A stretch of DNA of 63,367 nucleotides, the filler included, from Globobulimina sp. (taxonomy: Eukaryota), in NCBI GenBank assembly GCA_003354225.1. It is 25 parts of 25 records of this genome, joined end to end, with 100 filler letters (N's around TTAATTAATTAA, not from the genome) between each part and the next. Parts side by side here need not be neighbours in the genome. Positions count along the whole stretch, not along the records: positions 10,165 to 12,604 come from PIVH01006675.1; positions 12,705 to 15,144 come from PIVH01006676.1; positions 15,245 to 17,684 come from PIVH01006677.1; positions 17,785 to 20,223 come from PIVH01006678.1; positions 20,324 to 22,762 come from PIVH01006679.1; positions 22,863 to 25,301 come from PIVH01006680.1; 19 more parts are not named here. One strand, given 5' to 3'. This document shows, in pieces, positions 12,549-24,212 of the stretch; position 1 is the stretch's first letter, and each line of letters starts with the position of its first letter. The notes under the pieces are model-generated. The model was not told the origin of the DNA. It did not search any database and saw nothing but the letters and a program-made list of their open reading frames with translations. The translations under genes and the position numbers were made by a program.

Positions 12549-12704
12549 TATTAATACACTGTTCTGTTGCATTGTTTGTGTTGTGTTTTTCTTTTTTTTT
12601 TGTTNNNNNNNNNNNNNNNNNNNNNNNNNNNNNNNNNNNNNNNNNNNNTTAATTAATTAANNNNNNNNNNNNNNNNNNNNNNNNNNNNNNNNNNNNNNNN
12701 NNNN

Positions 12705-13805
12705 CCTCGCCATCCGTGGCCGCGTTCGCTTTATGCAGATCTTCTGCAGTTATTTTCCGCGTTGGCAAATCTTTGATAATCCTATCATCGGCGCCTTCGG
12801 GCTCTGCAAAGAAGCGAAATATAATCAACACGCACGGCAAACAGATGCAGATCGCCAATACGATCAGGAACGGCAACGCCTATTGTTTTGTACATATATC
12901 GTTGCATTTTGGCTCATTGGGGCCTCTGCATGGTGTGCGAGGATAGAAAAGGCGCAAAAACGCATAGGGTCACATACCAAGGAGACATAGACGAGAATGA
13001 TAATCACCAAACAATAGTACCACACCGTAGGCGCCGTATCTTGACAGCCTTTCTGCGTGAAAAGGAAGGTCTGCCCCAACAAGAATAGCAAAAACGTCAT
13101 GATGCTCAACCACCGCAAAATTTGGATGGACTTCTCGGCCGCGATGTTGTTGTTGTTATTATTCTCATTGTTTTCGTCGTTTAGATTCGGTTGGCGATTG
13201 ATGCGATATCTGCTATGTATTAGACACGTACGCGTTGTTAGAGAATGTGTGGCAAAATGCAGGGATATTAACATATGAATGCGTAGTGGGATGGTTATAA
13301 AGTGGCGGATGGTATAAATGAGCACCCACCATTTGAGATAATTGTTGCAATCCGAGGTTAAGCCGCCTTCGTTCCACCCAATGGCTAAGACGGTGGACGT
13401 AGCGATCACTTCTAATAAGGCGATGGTTATACGTAATAATAAGATGCGCGGCGAGTCAGTGTCGGCGTCGCGAACATGGCCAATCACGTTCCTCCGCGCA
13501 CGCTGCGCCGCATTGGCATTGTTGTTATTATTATTATTCGGGTTGTTGTCGTTTGCGACGTTGTTATTTGGTGGTACTGGGTTATTGTTTAACAATGGAT
13601 TTATATTTTCATTGTTGGCGCTGTCATTTAATAGCGGAGCAGATATATCTTGCGAGGCGGTCGCCGATGTATTGTTGGATGCGTTGGTGGTGTCAGTCGG
13701 ATGCGATGGGAGTCCAAAGTAAGAACTTGGTACTAAGGAACCAAATTCTTCGCGTTGTAGTTGCCTCGCAAATTCCTCATCACTTATTATTGTGTCGGTG
13801 GCCAT
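12705..13805 (-). CDS. Membrane-anchored RING E3 ligase-like protein (plant RIE1/At4g11680-type architecture), 3' partial
   Basis: TM helices, C..YLKWW, AP..WYYC, ALPFLIVLAICICLPC and GA...I..LP. Introns 13210-13272 and 12880-12977 restore the frame. N-terminal UIM-like DEEFARQLQREE. The RING itself would lie beyond the contig end. Confidence 0.8.
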
Positions 13806-14069
13806 ATTTAGTAATTACTGTACGTGTTTTTTGCTATTAATATTGTGGATGGATTATGAATCGATTGTAGCTGTTGAGAATTATCCGCAAATTTGATCGA
13901 GGCTATAACAGATATAATTTACTGTGCGCTTAATTTTTTCACTCAAAAACAGTTATAATAAGAAACAATAGTGTCGCTTTTTGAGACGAATAATACTTAG
14001 CATTTATCCAAAAGCTTCCATACACGCAACAAAAGCCGCTTGTCAGTATACATCTACATAATCTAAATC

Positions 14070-14492
14070 ATGTCGAATGCAATTAAGATGAAGAAAGATA
14101 ACAAGAAACAAACAAAACCGACAATATCTCAGTCAATCCCTGCGCATTTTTATAAGAATTACATTCCACCCAAGACGCCGAAAATAAACCCCACCCAACC
14201 ACCGGCCAGCAGACACATACCAGTCATTGAGGCACTTCCTCAGATATCGCCCACAGGAAAGGGCATCAATATAAAGCAAACCGGCTCCTATTCGTTGAGG
14301 GACACGCATCCCATGTCCATGCCGGAGAGACATGGCATTATGGGGCCAAAAACGACGCCGTTTGTGGTGAATCCGCCTTTGTATGATACAAAAAACAATG
14401 ACGAAGAAGCTAAGGCTGAACCAAACTCTCTGTTAAGTAAAGCACGCAAATTCGCATCACATCGCAACCAAAACTCGACATTTTCGGTTTGA
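14070..14492 (+). CDS. Hypothetical proline-rich protein
   Basis: ATG-initiated 140-aa ORF; may splice to the acidic ORF 14551..14862. Confidence 0.4.
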   Translation: MSNAIKMKKDNKKQTKPTISQSIPAHFYKNYIPPKTPKINPTQPPASRHIPVIEALPQISPTGKGINIKQTGSYSLRDTHPMSMPERHGIMGPKTTPFVVNPPLYDTKNNDEEAKAEPNSLLSKARKFASHRNQNSTFSV

Positions 14493-15244
14493 AACATGAA
14501 CAAATTCGCAAATACAAAAAAAACAGGAACATATTTAGTTTGATACTAGTTTGAAACTGAAAATATATACACATTTTTGCGCAAATTCTAAAGAAATTTC
14601 ATGTTTAATGCGCAAATTCGCAATATATAGAGAGGAAAAGCAAAAACAATTAAAAGTGGGCTCGTTTACGTGTTTTGATGTAATGAGCAGTCCATTGAAA
14701 CAATTGCCAGAAGCAACGGACCCGAAAGACAATGTGTCCGCTACCTCGCAACAAACCACTTCGACCTTCGCATCCGGCTCATTTGACGACGAAGTGGCTC
14801 CCGAAGATGACGAGGATGAGGAGGATGGCGGCGAAAGCGGTGGATTTGAAATTGAATTATAATAATTTACATACACAATTAATATTTCTTATTTCTTCAT
14901 ACATATAACTTCTAAACCCATTCAATTTATGTTCATTGCATTAAATCGTTTTTCATACTTTTTCTATGCGCAGTTTCGCATTTATATCATACATATTTTT
15001 TCATTTTTGATTGAAAATGGTGAGAAAAATTCACTTTTTTTTTTGTTTGTTTTTCGTTCCTTTTATGGAACATTGGAAACCATGTAATTGTGTCTCATTT
15101 TATGTATCTTTTGTAATTTTTTTTTAGTTTGACATTTTTTTTGTNNNNNNNNNNNNNNNNNNNNNNNNNNNNNNNNNNNNNNNNNNNNTTAATTAATTAA
15201 NNNNNNNNNNNNNNNNNNNNNNNNNNNNNNNNNNNNNNNNNNNN

Positions 15245-15979
15245 CGAAATAACATCCGTAATGGCGCAAAATTGATAAAAATAATGTCGAGTGGCGGCAT
15301 TGCCACCATTCGTGATGCAATTGACGTGGCACAATTTAATAACGATGAGATTCAATGCATTGTGAAGGAGTGTAAGAAAAACAATATCATAGTCGCAGCG
15401 CATGCGCACGGAAGGGAGGGCATTGAAATTGCCATCGATAACGGTGTGTATTCCATTGAGCATGGCACCTTTTTGGATGATGCCTTAGCGAAGAAAATGG
15501 TGCAGAATGGATGTGTTTTAGTCCCAACCAGATATATTATGGAGTATATTGCCAGAGATGGCTCCAAATTATCCAAACAGGGAAGGGTAAAAATAAAAAG
15601 TGCGATTAATGCACATAGGGAGTCCATTAAATGTGCGATAAGAAACAATGTGACGATTTGTAGTGGATCTGATTTGATATTTGATGAATGGGGGAATAAC
15701 ACATTGGAATTGAAATATTATGTTGATGCCGGTATGACGGAATTGGAAGCAATTCAGACGGCGACAGCCAATGGACCATTAAGTTTAGGCAACCCTCAAA
15801 TTAATAAAAATATACCGAAGACGGGACAGATCAAAAAAGGATATGTTGCCGATTTAATTTCAATTGTTAATGGCAAAAATCCGTTGAGTGATATTACGGT
15901 TTTAGCGGATCCCAGAAATATTCCTATCGTATGGAAATCGGGTGTTGTTGTTAAGAATATGAGCAATGCAAAGTTATAA
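15245..15979 (+). CDS. Metal-dependent amidohydrolase (Xaa-Pro dipeptidase-like), 5' partial, C-terminal AKL
   Basis: IKIMSSGG, VAAHAHG..GI..AI..GV.SIEHG, GSD, EAIQTATAN and GQIKKGYVADLI are amidohydrolase motifs; ends NAKL*. Confidence 0.92.
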   Translation, partial: RNNIRNGAKLIKIMSSGGIATIRDAIDVAQFNNDEIQCIVKECKKNNIIVAAHAHGREGIEIAIDNGVYSIEHGTFLDDALAKKMVQNGCVLVPTRYIMEYIARDGSKLSKQGRVKIKSAINAHRESIKCAIRNNVTICSGSDLIFDEWGNNTLELKYYVDAGMTELEAIQTATANGPLSLGNPQINKNIPKTGQIKKGYVADLISIVNGKNPLSDITVLADPRNIPIVWKSGVVVKNMSNAKL

Positions 15980-16344
15980 ATAATGATTAATTTGTACCTA
16001 CCGTTCGTTCTTGTACTTGTACATAACATCTCGCATAAAACAGGTAGCACCAATTGCTTGATTAGCACATCAAACTTAAGTTACTTATTACAACATTGGT
16101 TAAGAAACAAATGCATTTGACAAAAAGAAATACATTAAAATAAAAACTACCGACAAAAAAAATACAATAGAAATATAAAAAACAAAAAAAATAATTCAAT
16201 CAGAAAACCTTGATCGAAAGAAAAACAATTAATTCATACACAAAGATGAAACGTAATCAAATGTGATTACATATTTTTTTTCCTCAAAATTTTATGACAA
16301 AAGCAAACAGAAAAAAGAATGGGCGAAAAAAAGACAAATATATT

Positions 16345-17406
16345 TTAATAGACTAACGGTTTGCAAATTTGTTGCTCATTTGCATGGTAATCACTCCATG
16401 TAAATGTTTTCTCGATGATACTGGCTCGCGGCTGCGGTATATACTGATTATACTCACAGCGCTTATTGTTAATATTAATATTATTAATCTCTGCTTTTGC
16501 TGACTGCGACATTGAAAATGATATGGTCGAACGTGGAATGCTCACAAATTGCTTTATATTCCCAGATCCAAACGTAAATCTCTTCGAAATATCCACACTC
16601 GAATTCATTAATTTATTCCTTTGCTCGCTGCTTTCATTCTCAATCTGCGACAATTTGGTATTTATTGCGGGGATCTTCAGTTTGGGCCGTTTCCTCCGTT
16701 TACAATGGCGTTTTTTGTGCTGCTTTTTGTCAATGTGGTCATAGGACTTATTTTTGCATATTTTCTTCCCTTTGATAACTCTCAAATTTTTCGTTGCTTT
16801 TTTTTTCTTCCTATGCTTTTTTGGTGAATGTGTATGTGGACCGTTATCAAAACAATAATGTATCTTTGGTATATTTAGCATTTCCTCCTCATGCCAGCGT
16901 TGCAAATATATCTCGATAATGCTCTGTGTGCCTTTTTTTTTATCGCCGCATTCCACATATTGTTTGATGACATTATCTCTGTTTTTATAGAAATCAATCT
17001 CGTTTTCATACTTATCAATATTCATACTGATATCGGCTAAATTGATGTAGCTTTGGCTATTTTTGTCTGATTTGTGTGAGGATTTATACGAAGAGGAGTT
17101 TGTATGGGATACGCTGTATGATTTGGATACCATTGAGGTGGTATTGGACAAATAAGCGTTTCTGGATGGATTTGCATTGAGATTGTCATCATTGGAGGCG
17201 TTGTTATTTATTTTTACAAACTTATCAGAGGATGATCGCCGCGACAATGGGTGTTTAGAGGTGTTTGTATTGGTATTGCGTCGTTTGATAGTTAGTTTTT
17301 TGACTTTTTTGTGAATGGATGCTGTTTGGTATGGTGTTAGAACGGATGAATGTAGGTCAGAGTTTGGGTGATTTTGTTGTAGAGAATGTCTCATAAAATC
17401 ATTCAT
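16345..17406 (-). CDS. Hypothetical low-complexity S/K/N-rich protein
   Basis: 353-aa ORF with basic clusters; no domain recognised. Confidence 0.55.
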   Translation of the reverse strand: MNDFMRHSLQQNHPNSDLHSSVLTPYQTASIHKKVKKLTIKRRNTNTNTSKHPLSRRSSSDKFVKINNNASNDDNLNANPSRNAYLSNTTSMVSKSYSVSHTNSSSYKSSHKSDKNSQSYINLADISMNIDKYENEIDFYKNRDNVIKQYVECGDKKKGTQSIIEIYLQRWHEEEMLNIPKIHYCFDNGPHTHSPKKHRKKKKATKNLRVIKGKKICKNKSYDHIDKKQHKKRHCKRRKRPKLKIPAINTKLSQIENESSEQRNKLMNSSVDISKRFTFGSGNIKQFVSIPRSTISFSMSQSAKAEINNININNKRCEYNQYIPQPRASIIEKTFTWSDYHANEQQICKPLVY

Positions 17407-17784
17407 TTGGAGGCGTATGGTATTGTCGAGCTTATCGTTTCTTTTTCGTGGATATGGTATCGGTAACTATTAATTAATTGGGTTTGTATGCATAGTTTGT
17501 TGAAAGGTTTTGGTTTTGGTTTTAAAATTGAAAACAGAATGATCGAACCGGCTTAGCATTGGTGATTGAGGCGTGGTGATTTCTCCATATTGTTGGCAAT
17601 GATGAGTTTGAATCTGTTAATGACAATGGTGCTGTGATAGGCGTATATTCTTGTTCATGTCCATGGTATATCTCGTTTGTTAAANNNNNNNNNNNNNNNN
17701 NNNNNNNNNNNNNNNNNNNNNNNNNNNNTTAATTAATTAANNNNNNNNNNNNNNNNNNNNNNNNNNNNNNNNNNNNNNNNNNNN

Positions 17785-18022
17785 AAAACATATATTTTCC
17801 ATGTCAAATCAGATCAGCGAACAAAGAAATGATCCACCATGCGTGGATTGCTGGGTTAATCCGTTTCCATCACCAATCTCATTAGTTCGCTGATCTGATT
17901 TGGAAAAAACATATATTTTCCATGTCAAATCAGATCAGCGAACAAAGAAATGATCCACCATGCGTGGATTGCTGGGTTAATCCGTTTCCATCACCAATCT
18001 CATTTGTTCGCTGATCCGATTT
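17785..18022. repeat. 121-bp tandem repeat, each unit containing an 18-bp inverted repeat
   Basis: Two near-identical units; arms caaatcagatcagcgaac (17805-17822) and gttcgctgatctgatttg (17885-17902). Confidence 0.92.
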
Positions 18023-18072
18023 TCGTACATCTTATCCGAATCTGACACCACTAGGAATTTTCGGTAAACAAA

Positions 18073-19291
18073 ATGTCACTCAATCGCGAAAGCAAAGAGT
18101 TTGAGCAGTTCATGTTGGCGCATGAGCATACCTATGGCAATGAGTGGTGGTGGAATCCAGCATTATCTTCCAAAGAATTAAAAGAAATGGAATCAAATCG
18201 GTTGGGGAATCCACGAGGAATGTGGCCGCCACAACGAGTTGATATTGCTACATATAATATTGACATAACATCCAGTGATCCGTGGGTAATATCTTATTGT
18301 CAATCTGGGAAATTTGTATTGCCCGTTGTATGGCAAAAACAAGGTAGAAAAAGTAAATATGAGTGTGTACATTTGGTACCATTGAACCAAATATTACCAA
18401 CACACCATGACTTTATTTCGCGCAAAATGAAATTAGAAGAAGTGAAGGCAAGTTATGTAGATCCATCCATGTATATTAATGCCATGAAACAAATAAAAAA
18501 ATGGAGAAAATCAAATAACCCCAATGTTAAGTCATTGTGTTTTGTTTTGCAAATGTCTGTGGCAACACAAACACAAATATGAACAGCCACACTCTTTGAA
18601 ACGTCATGATTTAGTTCGATTAGATACCAATAAATGTGAGTTTGCTGCAAAATATCCAATTGCTAAAATATTAAAAATAATTAAAGGAGATTATAATTAT
18701 AATATAATAATAATACATGTCGAAATGAAGAAGAATGAAATAGCACATATTGAAAACACAGAAGGATATATTGATAGCGATACAATATGCAAAGTTTTAT
18801 GCAGATCACAATCAAAAGAAGCACAAAGAATGGCATATCAAAAAGAATTGTATTTACATCAAAAAAAAAAGAATAAAATAAAAAAAACGGAAAATGCAGA
18901 AGAGTGCAGAGATATATTAATTAACTATTTTGGAAAGAAAATCTTTTCATCATTGAATAAAACCAGTTTTGATAGGAACGCACGGAAACAGCGTCCAACA
19001 ATTATTGAACAAGAATTACATCCCAATAAAATGGATATTTTAACGAAAGATTTGGATCATCATAAAATTCAATACAAACAAAATTCATCTTTTATTACCA
19101 TATCAATAAAAACACCGTCGGAATTGGGTGCAATTGTCGGTCTTCAAAATATTATGCGGACAATAAATGGCACAAAATATTTCCCATTGTATCCAGTTAT
19201 TATTACATATGGAAAACACAGAAAATTCCCATCCTTAAAAACAGAGATTAAGGTGATTAAAAAAAATATATCTGGAAATATTGAAAGATAA
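18073..19291 (+). CDS. Hypothetical spliced protein (about 385 aa)
   Basis: GT-AG intron 18526-18586 joins NNPN|PHSLKRH in frame. Confidence 0.65.
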
Positions 19292-19629
19292 TTGTTTTTA
19301 TTAAAAATGTCACTTTTTGCAGTATTTAAGTTGTTTTCTATTTAACACAATCACAATATAAAACCTTTTTTTTTCATAGCCCTATTTCAGTCATTTTAGC
19401 ATGGCGCCAATTCGGTAGCATGGCGCCGGGTTTCTAAACTCATGGTGGAATGAGTATTGATGAAGGCGTAGCGCCATCAGGTTCTGCTTAAATGCCTGGA
19501 TTGGCCTCGCCAATCATAGACCAACGGATATTGTTTTATATTGGATCACGAATCCAATTGAGTTAATTTTTTATATATATATTTTGTTTTGATTATTTTG
19601 CAAATTTAAATAAAGGAATTTAAGCCATC

Positions 19630-20223
19630 GATATCGATGCCTCTCTCTCTCAACGACTCACACACAAACAACGCAAAACAAATAGATAGATTTGGAATGG
19701 CCCACAGTGCGATAATTACATGCGAATTTATGCGATGATGCGCGCACATTCGGAGCCATCGCAATGCAAAGCATCGTTATGTCCGTTATCGATACCTCTC
19801 TCTCAACGACTTACACACAAACAAAATATTGATTGGCAATCCGCCAATTCAGGTTTCCCTTAAATGCCTGGATTGGCTATCACCAATCATACATTTTCTG
19901 GTGGCGATGCCACCAAACACCAAACCAACCAAACACCAACCAACCAAACACCAAACCAACCAAACTTAAGTAAAATATGTTTTTTTTTTTACATCTAATC
20001 AATTGAATGATATTTAAGGTAAAATGAATGGCCGCCAGTGCGAATTTATGCGATTATGCGCGCACATTCGGAGCCATCGCAATGCAAAGCATCGGTATGT
20101 CCGTTATCGATGCCTCTCTCTCAACGACTCACACACAAACAACGCAAAACAAATAGATAGATTTGGAATGGCCCACAGTGCGAATTTATGCGATGATGAG
20201 CGCACATTCGGAGCCATCGCAAT
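19630..20223. repeat. Interrupted array of a 140-155-bp repeat unit
   Basis: Blocks gatgcctctctctcaacgactcacacacaaac.. and gcgcacattcggagccatcgcaat each recur three times; an ACCAA-type microsatellite lies at about 19911-19965. Confidence 0.9.
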
Positions 20224-20323
20224 NNNNNNNNNNNNNNNNNNNNNNNNNNNNNNNNNNNNNNNNNNNNTTAATTAATTAANNNNNNNNNNNNNNNNNNNNN
20301 NNNNNNNNNNNNNNNNNNNNNNN

Positions 20324-20708
20324 TGTTTCGGATAAAGATAATTTATCATATTTAGATATTACGGATAATCGAAATTTATTGAATGGTAAACTGATTAATG
20401 CCTTTCCACATTTAACACATATTGAGATTTATTGTACTGATTATTTAGGATCTAAATCATATCAATTTGGTTTATGTGTATTATTGGATATTTTGAGTTT
20501 ATTAGAAACAAGAAATAAAATAAAATGCTCCTTATATGGTTGGTGGAAGGATATGTGGACTGGAAATCGAAGAAGTTGGCTTTTTTATGTGTATTCATCA
20601 ATATCATCATTATTAATCAGTAAATATAAAGAAATAACAACATCAATACAGGAAACAAGAAATGCACGTGGTCGTAGACAAGATTTATTAATATTTGAAT
20701 GTGAATGA
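20324..20708 (+). CDS. 3' end of a multicopy hypothetical gene
   Basis: Open from the contig start; its last ~140 nt plus 3' UTR recur inverted at 22564-22762. Confidence 0.55.
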
Positions 20709-22762
20709 ATATCTAAATATGAATCACTCATTAAATACAATTTATATTTTTCTTTTTGTGCTGTCTGTATTTTCCGTTTCATTGTAAATCTTTTTAATTA
20801 ATAAAAATGAATTTTAAATCTTTTTTTTGTGCTGTCTGTATTTTGACGAACGCCGCTTCTAAACGACAACCTAGCTCGATCTACAAATGTCAGTCAATAC
20901 TCAATAGCAAGAGCTGTACTCAACGTGTCGATGGTAATGTTTTTCAAATAACTCTGTTATATTGCAAGCAGCGGGTATTTCAAAAGGAAAACATATATAA
21001 TCATCCCAATAAATTTCACAAATATTAGCAATATCCTCATCATTTAAGTCCTCTCTTTTCAAGTTGAATTTATGCAAAATATTACTTCCCACATTGCGCA
21101 CATATCCATCATTTCTATTCCTTTCGTGTTTAAAATATGTTTCCATCAATAAACTCGCATTCGATTTCAGTTGTGGATCAACAATATGTTTTGCCAAAAC
21201 CTGTGGCAAATCGTTATTCAAATTATCCAAATTGCCAACAAAGGTAAATAAACTATGCACTGTTTGCATGAAATGGTGATTCGATACTAAGTGGAAATTA
21301 ATCCATTTCCTTTCTGGTATTTCCTCCAACATCAATCTGTTTTTTTTAACTGTTGTTGGCTGCAACATATTGTTTATCCATATTCGTAATATTTGTAAAC
21401 CAGTCATACCATCAAAATCAATGTCCATTTCCATTCTTTTCTGTTTCTTTTCAATTTTTCTCTTTACAGCTTCAAAAAAGCCAGATAAAAATTTCTGGAT
21501 TGGATCACGGACAAAAGTGAAGATGGTCGCATTCTTATTTACGGATTTTAAGAAAGTGTCTCTACGCATTCCTCCCCTTTGAATGGGACCACTTAATATT
21601 TGATGCCGATGCCTCTTCAATGGATCCGCAGCATTGACATTCAGTTTCTTTTCCACAAACAACCTATTTAAGGCACTCTGTATTGTGGTGCCCGCTGCTT
21701 TGTAGTTGTGAATGTAATTCAATTGTTTGGAGTGGAATAGTTCTCCAGCAATGGATCCATTGTCAGATAGGTCAGGCAGTACATATTTACATCGCAAATA
21801 ATATGGAAACCAGTTGTTTGTTTCAGGACTTATTTTGAGGATATTATTGTGAGTGGAAGTATTACATTTGAATGGTTGTTTGCTTCGTTGCGCGATGATT
21901 CTATGCCAGTTTGCTTTTTCAGTAATTATAATGTTTGGTGGTTGCAGTGGGACATTGGAAATGTTGGCGGAGTATACTATGGATTGTTGCTCTTTATTCG
22001 GTTCATTATCTAATTTATATTTGTCAACAAGAATAAAAAATGAAGCAATGCAAAATGCGATCATAAACGCCATCAAAATGAAAACATTCCTTGCAATTGC
22101 CATGCTCGTATTTATCACAACAGTCAGTTAACTGAAGCTGTTTTTTTTGCTTAGTCTTGCATACTAAAATGTATTTTAGTATTCTTGCATTTAGTATGCT
22201 TAGCCATATAGATCAGATATATGAGCATTCAAACTTTTTTATTTGGTTTCTTTGTTAAAAATGATTGTGTTTCTGCTGTGTCTTGTTGGTTCAACTATTA
22301 TTCGTTCACTGTAAAGTGAATTTTTTATTTTGCTGACGTGTGTTTTTTAGCCCCAGGCCAAAAACTGAAACCAATCAAAAAAAATGAAACCAATAAAAAA
22401 AATGTTATGACAAACAAAAAATGAAAAAACAAATCAAAAAAAAAACAAACAAAAATAAAATTGGCACGAAACCAATCAAAAAAAAATACAAATCAAAATC
22501 CGAATGCATATTTTAAAAATGAAAAGGAAAATACAAACATACATTTAACGCTACATTTAAAACACAGACAGCACAAAAAGAAAAATATAAATTGTATTTA
22601 ATGAGTGATTCATATTTAGATATTCATTCACATTCAAATATTAATAAATCTTGTCTACCACCCCAAGAACCCTTTGTTTCCTGTATTGATGTTGTTATTT
22701 CTTTATATTTACTAATTAATAATGATGATATTGATGAATACACATAAAAAAGCCAACTTCTT
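20570..22762. repeat. 199-bp diverged inverted repeat pair (20570-20768 and 22564-22762)
   Basis: Reverse-complement match throughout, apart from one substitution and a divergent patch of about 15 nt. Confidence 0.92.
20901..22103 (-). CDS. Golgi-type (Sulfotransfer_2) sulfotransferase
   Basis: N-terminal signal anchor; 5'-PSB YIHNYKAAGTTI; 3'-PB FTFVRDPIQKFLSGF; C-terminal IYWDDYICFPF. Confidence 0.88.
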   Translation of the reverse strand: MAIARNVFILMAFMIAFCIASFFILVDKYKLDNEPNKEQQSIVYSANISNVPLQPPNIIITEKANWHRIIAQRSKQPFKCNTSTHNNILKISPETNNWFPYYLRCKYVLPDLSDNGSIAGELFHSKQLNYIHNYKAAGTTIQSALNRLFVEKKLNVNAADPLKRHRHQILSGPIQRGGMRRDTFLKSVNKNATIFTFVRDPIQKFLSGFFEAVKRKIEKKQKRMEMDIDFDGMTGLQILRIWINNMLQPTTVKKNRLMLEEIPERKWINFHLVSNHHFMQTVHSLFTFVGNLDNLNNDLPQVLAKHIVDPQLKSNASLLMETYFKHERNRNDGYVRNVGSNILHKFNLKREDLNDEDIANICEIYWDDYICFPFEIPAACNITELFEKHYHRHVEYSSCY

Positions 22763-22862
22763 NNNNNNNNNNNNNNNNNNNNNNNNNNNNNNNNNNNNNN
22801 NNNNNNTTAATTAATTAANNNNNNNNNNNNNNNNNNNNNNNNNNNNNNNNNNNNNNNNNNNN

Positions 22863-24081
22863 ATATAATATAATATACGTACAATTTGTGTTTCGCAAAA
22901 CCGATATTTTTTTCGAAAATGAGTACTATATAAAATATCAATCAATGCAATACCAGAAAACGTTAAAGGACCGCCATAATACACATCAATGTGGTCGACA
23001 ACGCGCGAGACATCGTAGGCAAACTGCAATATATGATATTCATATTCAAAATAGTATTTGTAGCAAATTGCTTTAATCTCTTTAGGAATACTATAAGAAT
23101 CATTTAATATTTGCCGTTCAGACTGATTGAAAAGCCAATCAATCACTAACTCACTGCCATACAAATAACAATAACTCTCATATTGCTGCAATACGTGGTA
23201 ATCAGTCACATATTCCTTGTCAAGTTTTTTCAACGCACAGAAAGGAACGATATTAAAATTCCAATTCTTGGCATTGAATGAATTTTGTTGTACTTTACGT
23301 TCTTCGCCGAATGAGATTCTCTGCGCTTTGCCGCAACTTTCAACCAATTCTGTAAAATACAAAAGCAGCATAACAAAAATGTACAGTATTTGCAAAAAAG
23401 AACCTGAGGCCTCATCAGAAAATTCCTCATCGATTGGATTTGGGGTGTTGAAAATTGCACAAGTTCGAGAATCGGATGATTGCTCCGTGCTGTTTGTACT
23501 GTCAATGTTGTAATTTTCAATTAATTTGTCCCTTTCAGCAATAAAGTGTTTTCTGACATGATAGGATTTGATTTCTAGCTCATTTATTAAGTCGTAATCG
23601 CTTAATTTTATTAAACTAAGTCCGTCAATTTTATGTTGTTTAAATGTGTGTGTAATATGTAATAATTCCCCATTACATATCGAGGTTAACCATTTCATGA
23701 CATCTCTTGCGGTCCAATCTGCGATTTGCGTTTGTGTTGGAAATGGTTGATAATTTTGCATTAGTTTATCTCTGTGATAAATAAACTTTTGCCTTAAACC
23801 AAAGTCTTGAATTTCTAATTCGTTTTTTAAATTATCGTTTGTTAATTTAATGAACTCCATTCCTCCAATCTTATGTCTTTTGAACGGCTGGAGGAGACCA
23901 TATAGTTCGCCATTACAGGTTGATTTTATCCATTCTGTCACATCATTTTGCTTCCAATCTTCAGGATCCACCTCCAAAATGTCTGGTATCTGATTTATAT
24001 TTTCGATCTTATTATCATCAAAAAGAAGTAGAATGAATACAAACAGCATACATTAGATTCTACGGCAACACAAGTTCCCAT
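22863..24081 (-). CDS. Tandem SAM-domain membrane protein, 3' partial
   Basis: Two repeats W...DV..W....CNGEL....FK.HKI.G...IKL...L..ELEI and one TM segment. A 10-codon first exon MGTCVAVESN is joined by intron 24008-24051. Confidence 0.8.
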
Positions 24082-24212
24082 GATTATTAAATGAATTTAC
24101 TTGAAAAATACCCACAAAAAACAAAAATGTTACTAACTAGCCATCATGTCGCTCCCTAAAAACAAACGCTCACAGCAACGTTTGTTGAAATCAATTGATA
24201 GTACGTTCCGCA

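Noticed and set aside
20024-20223. 83-aa ORF
   Set aside because: Lies wholly within the satellite repeat and runs into the linker.
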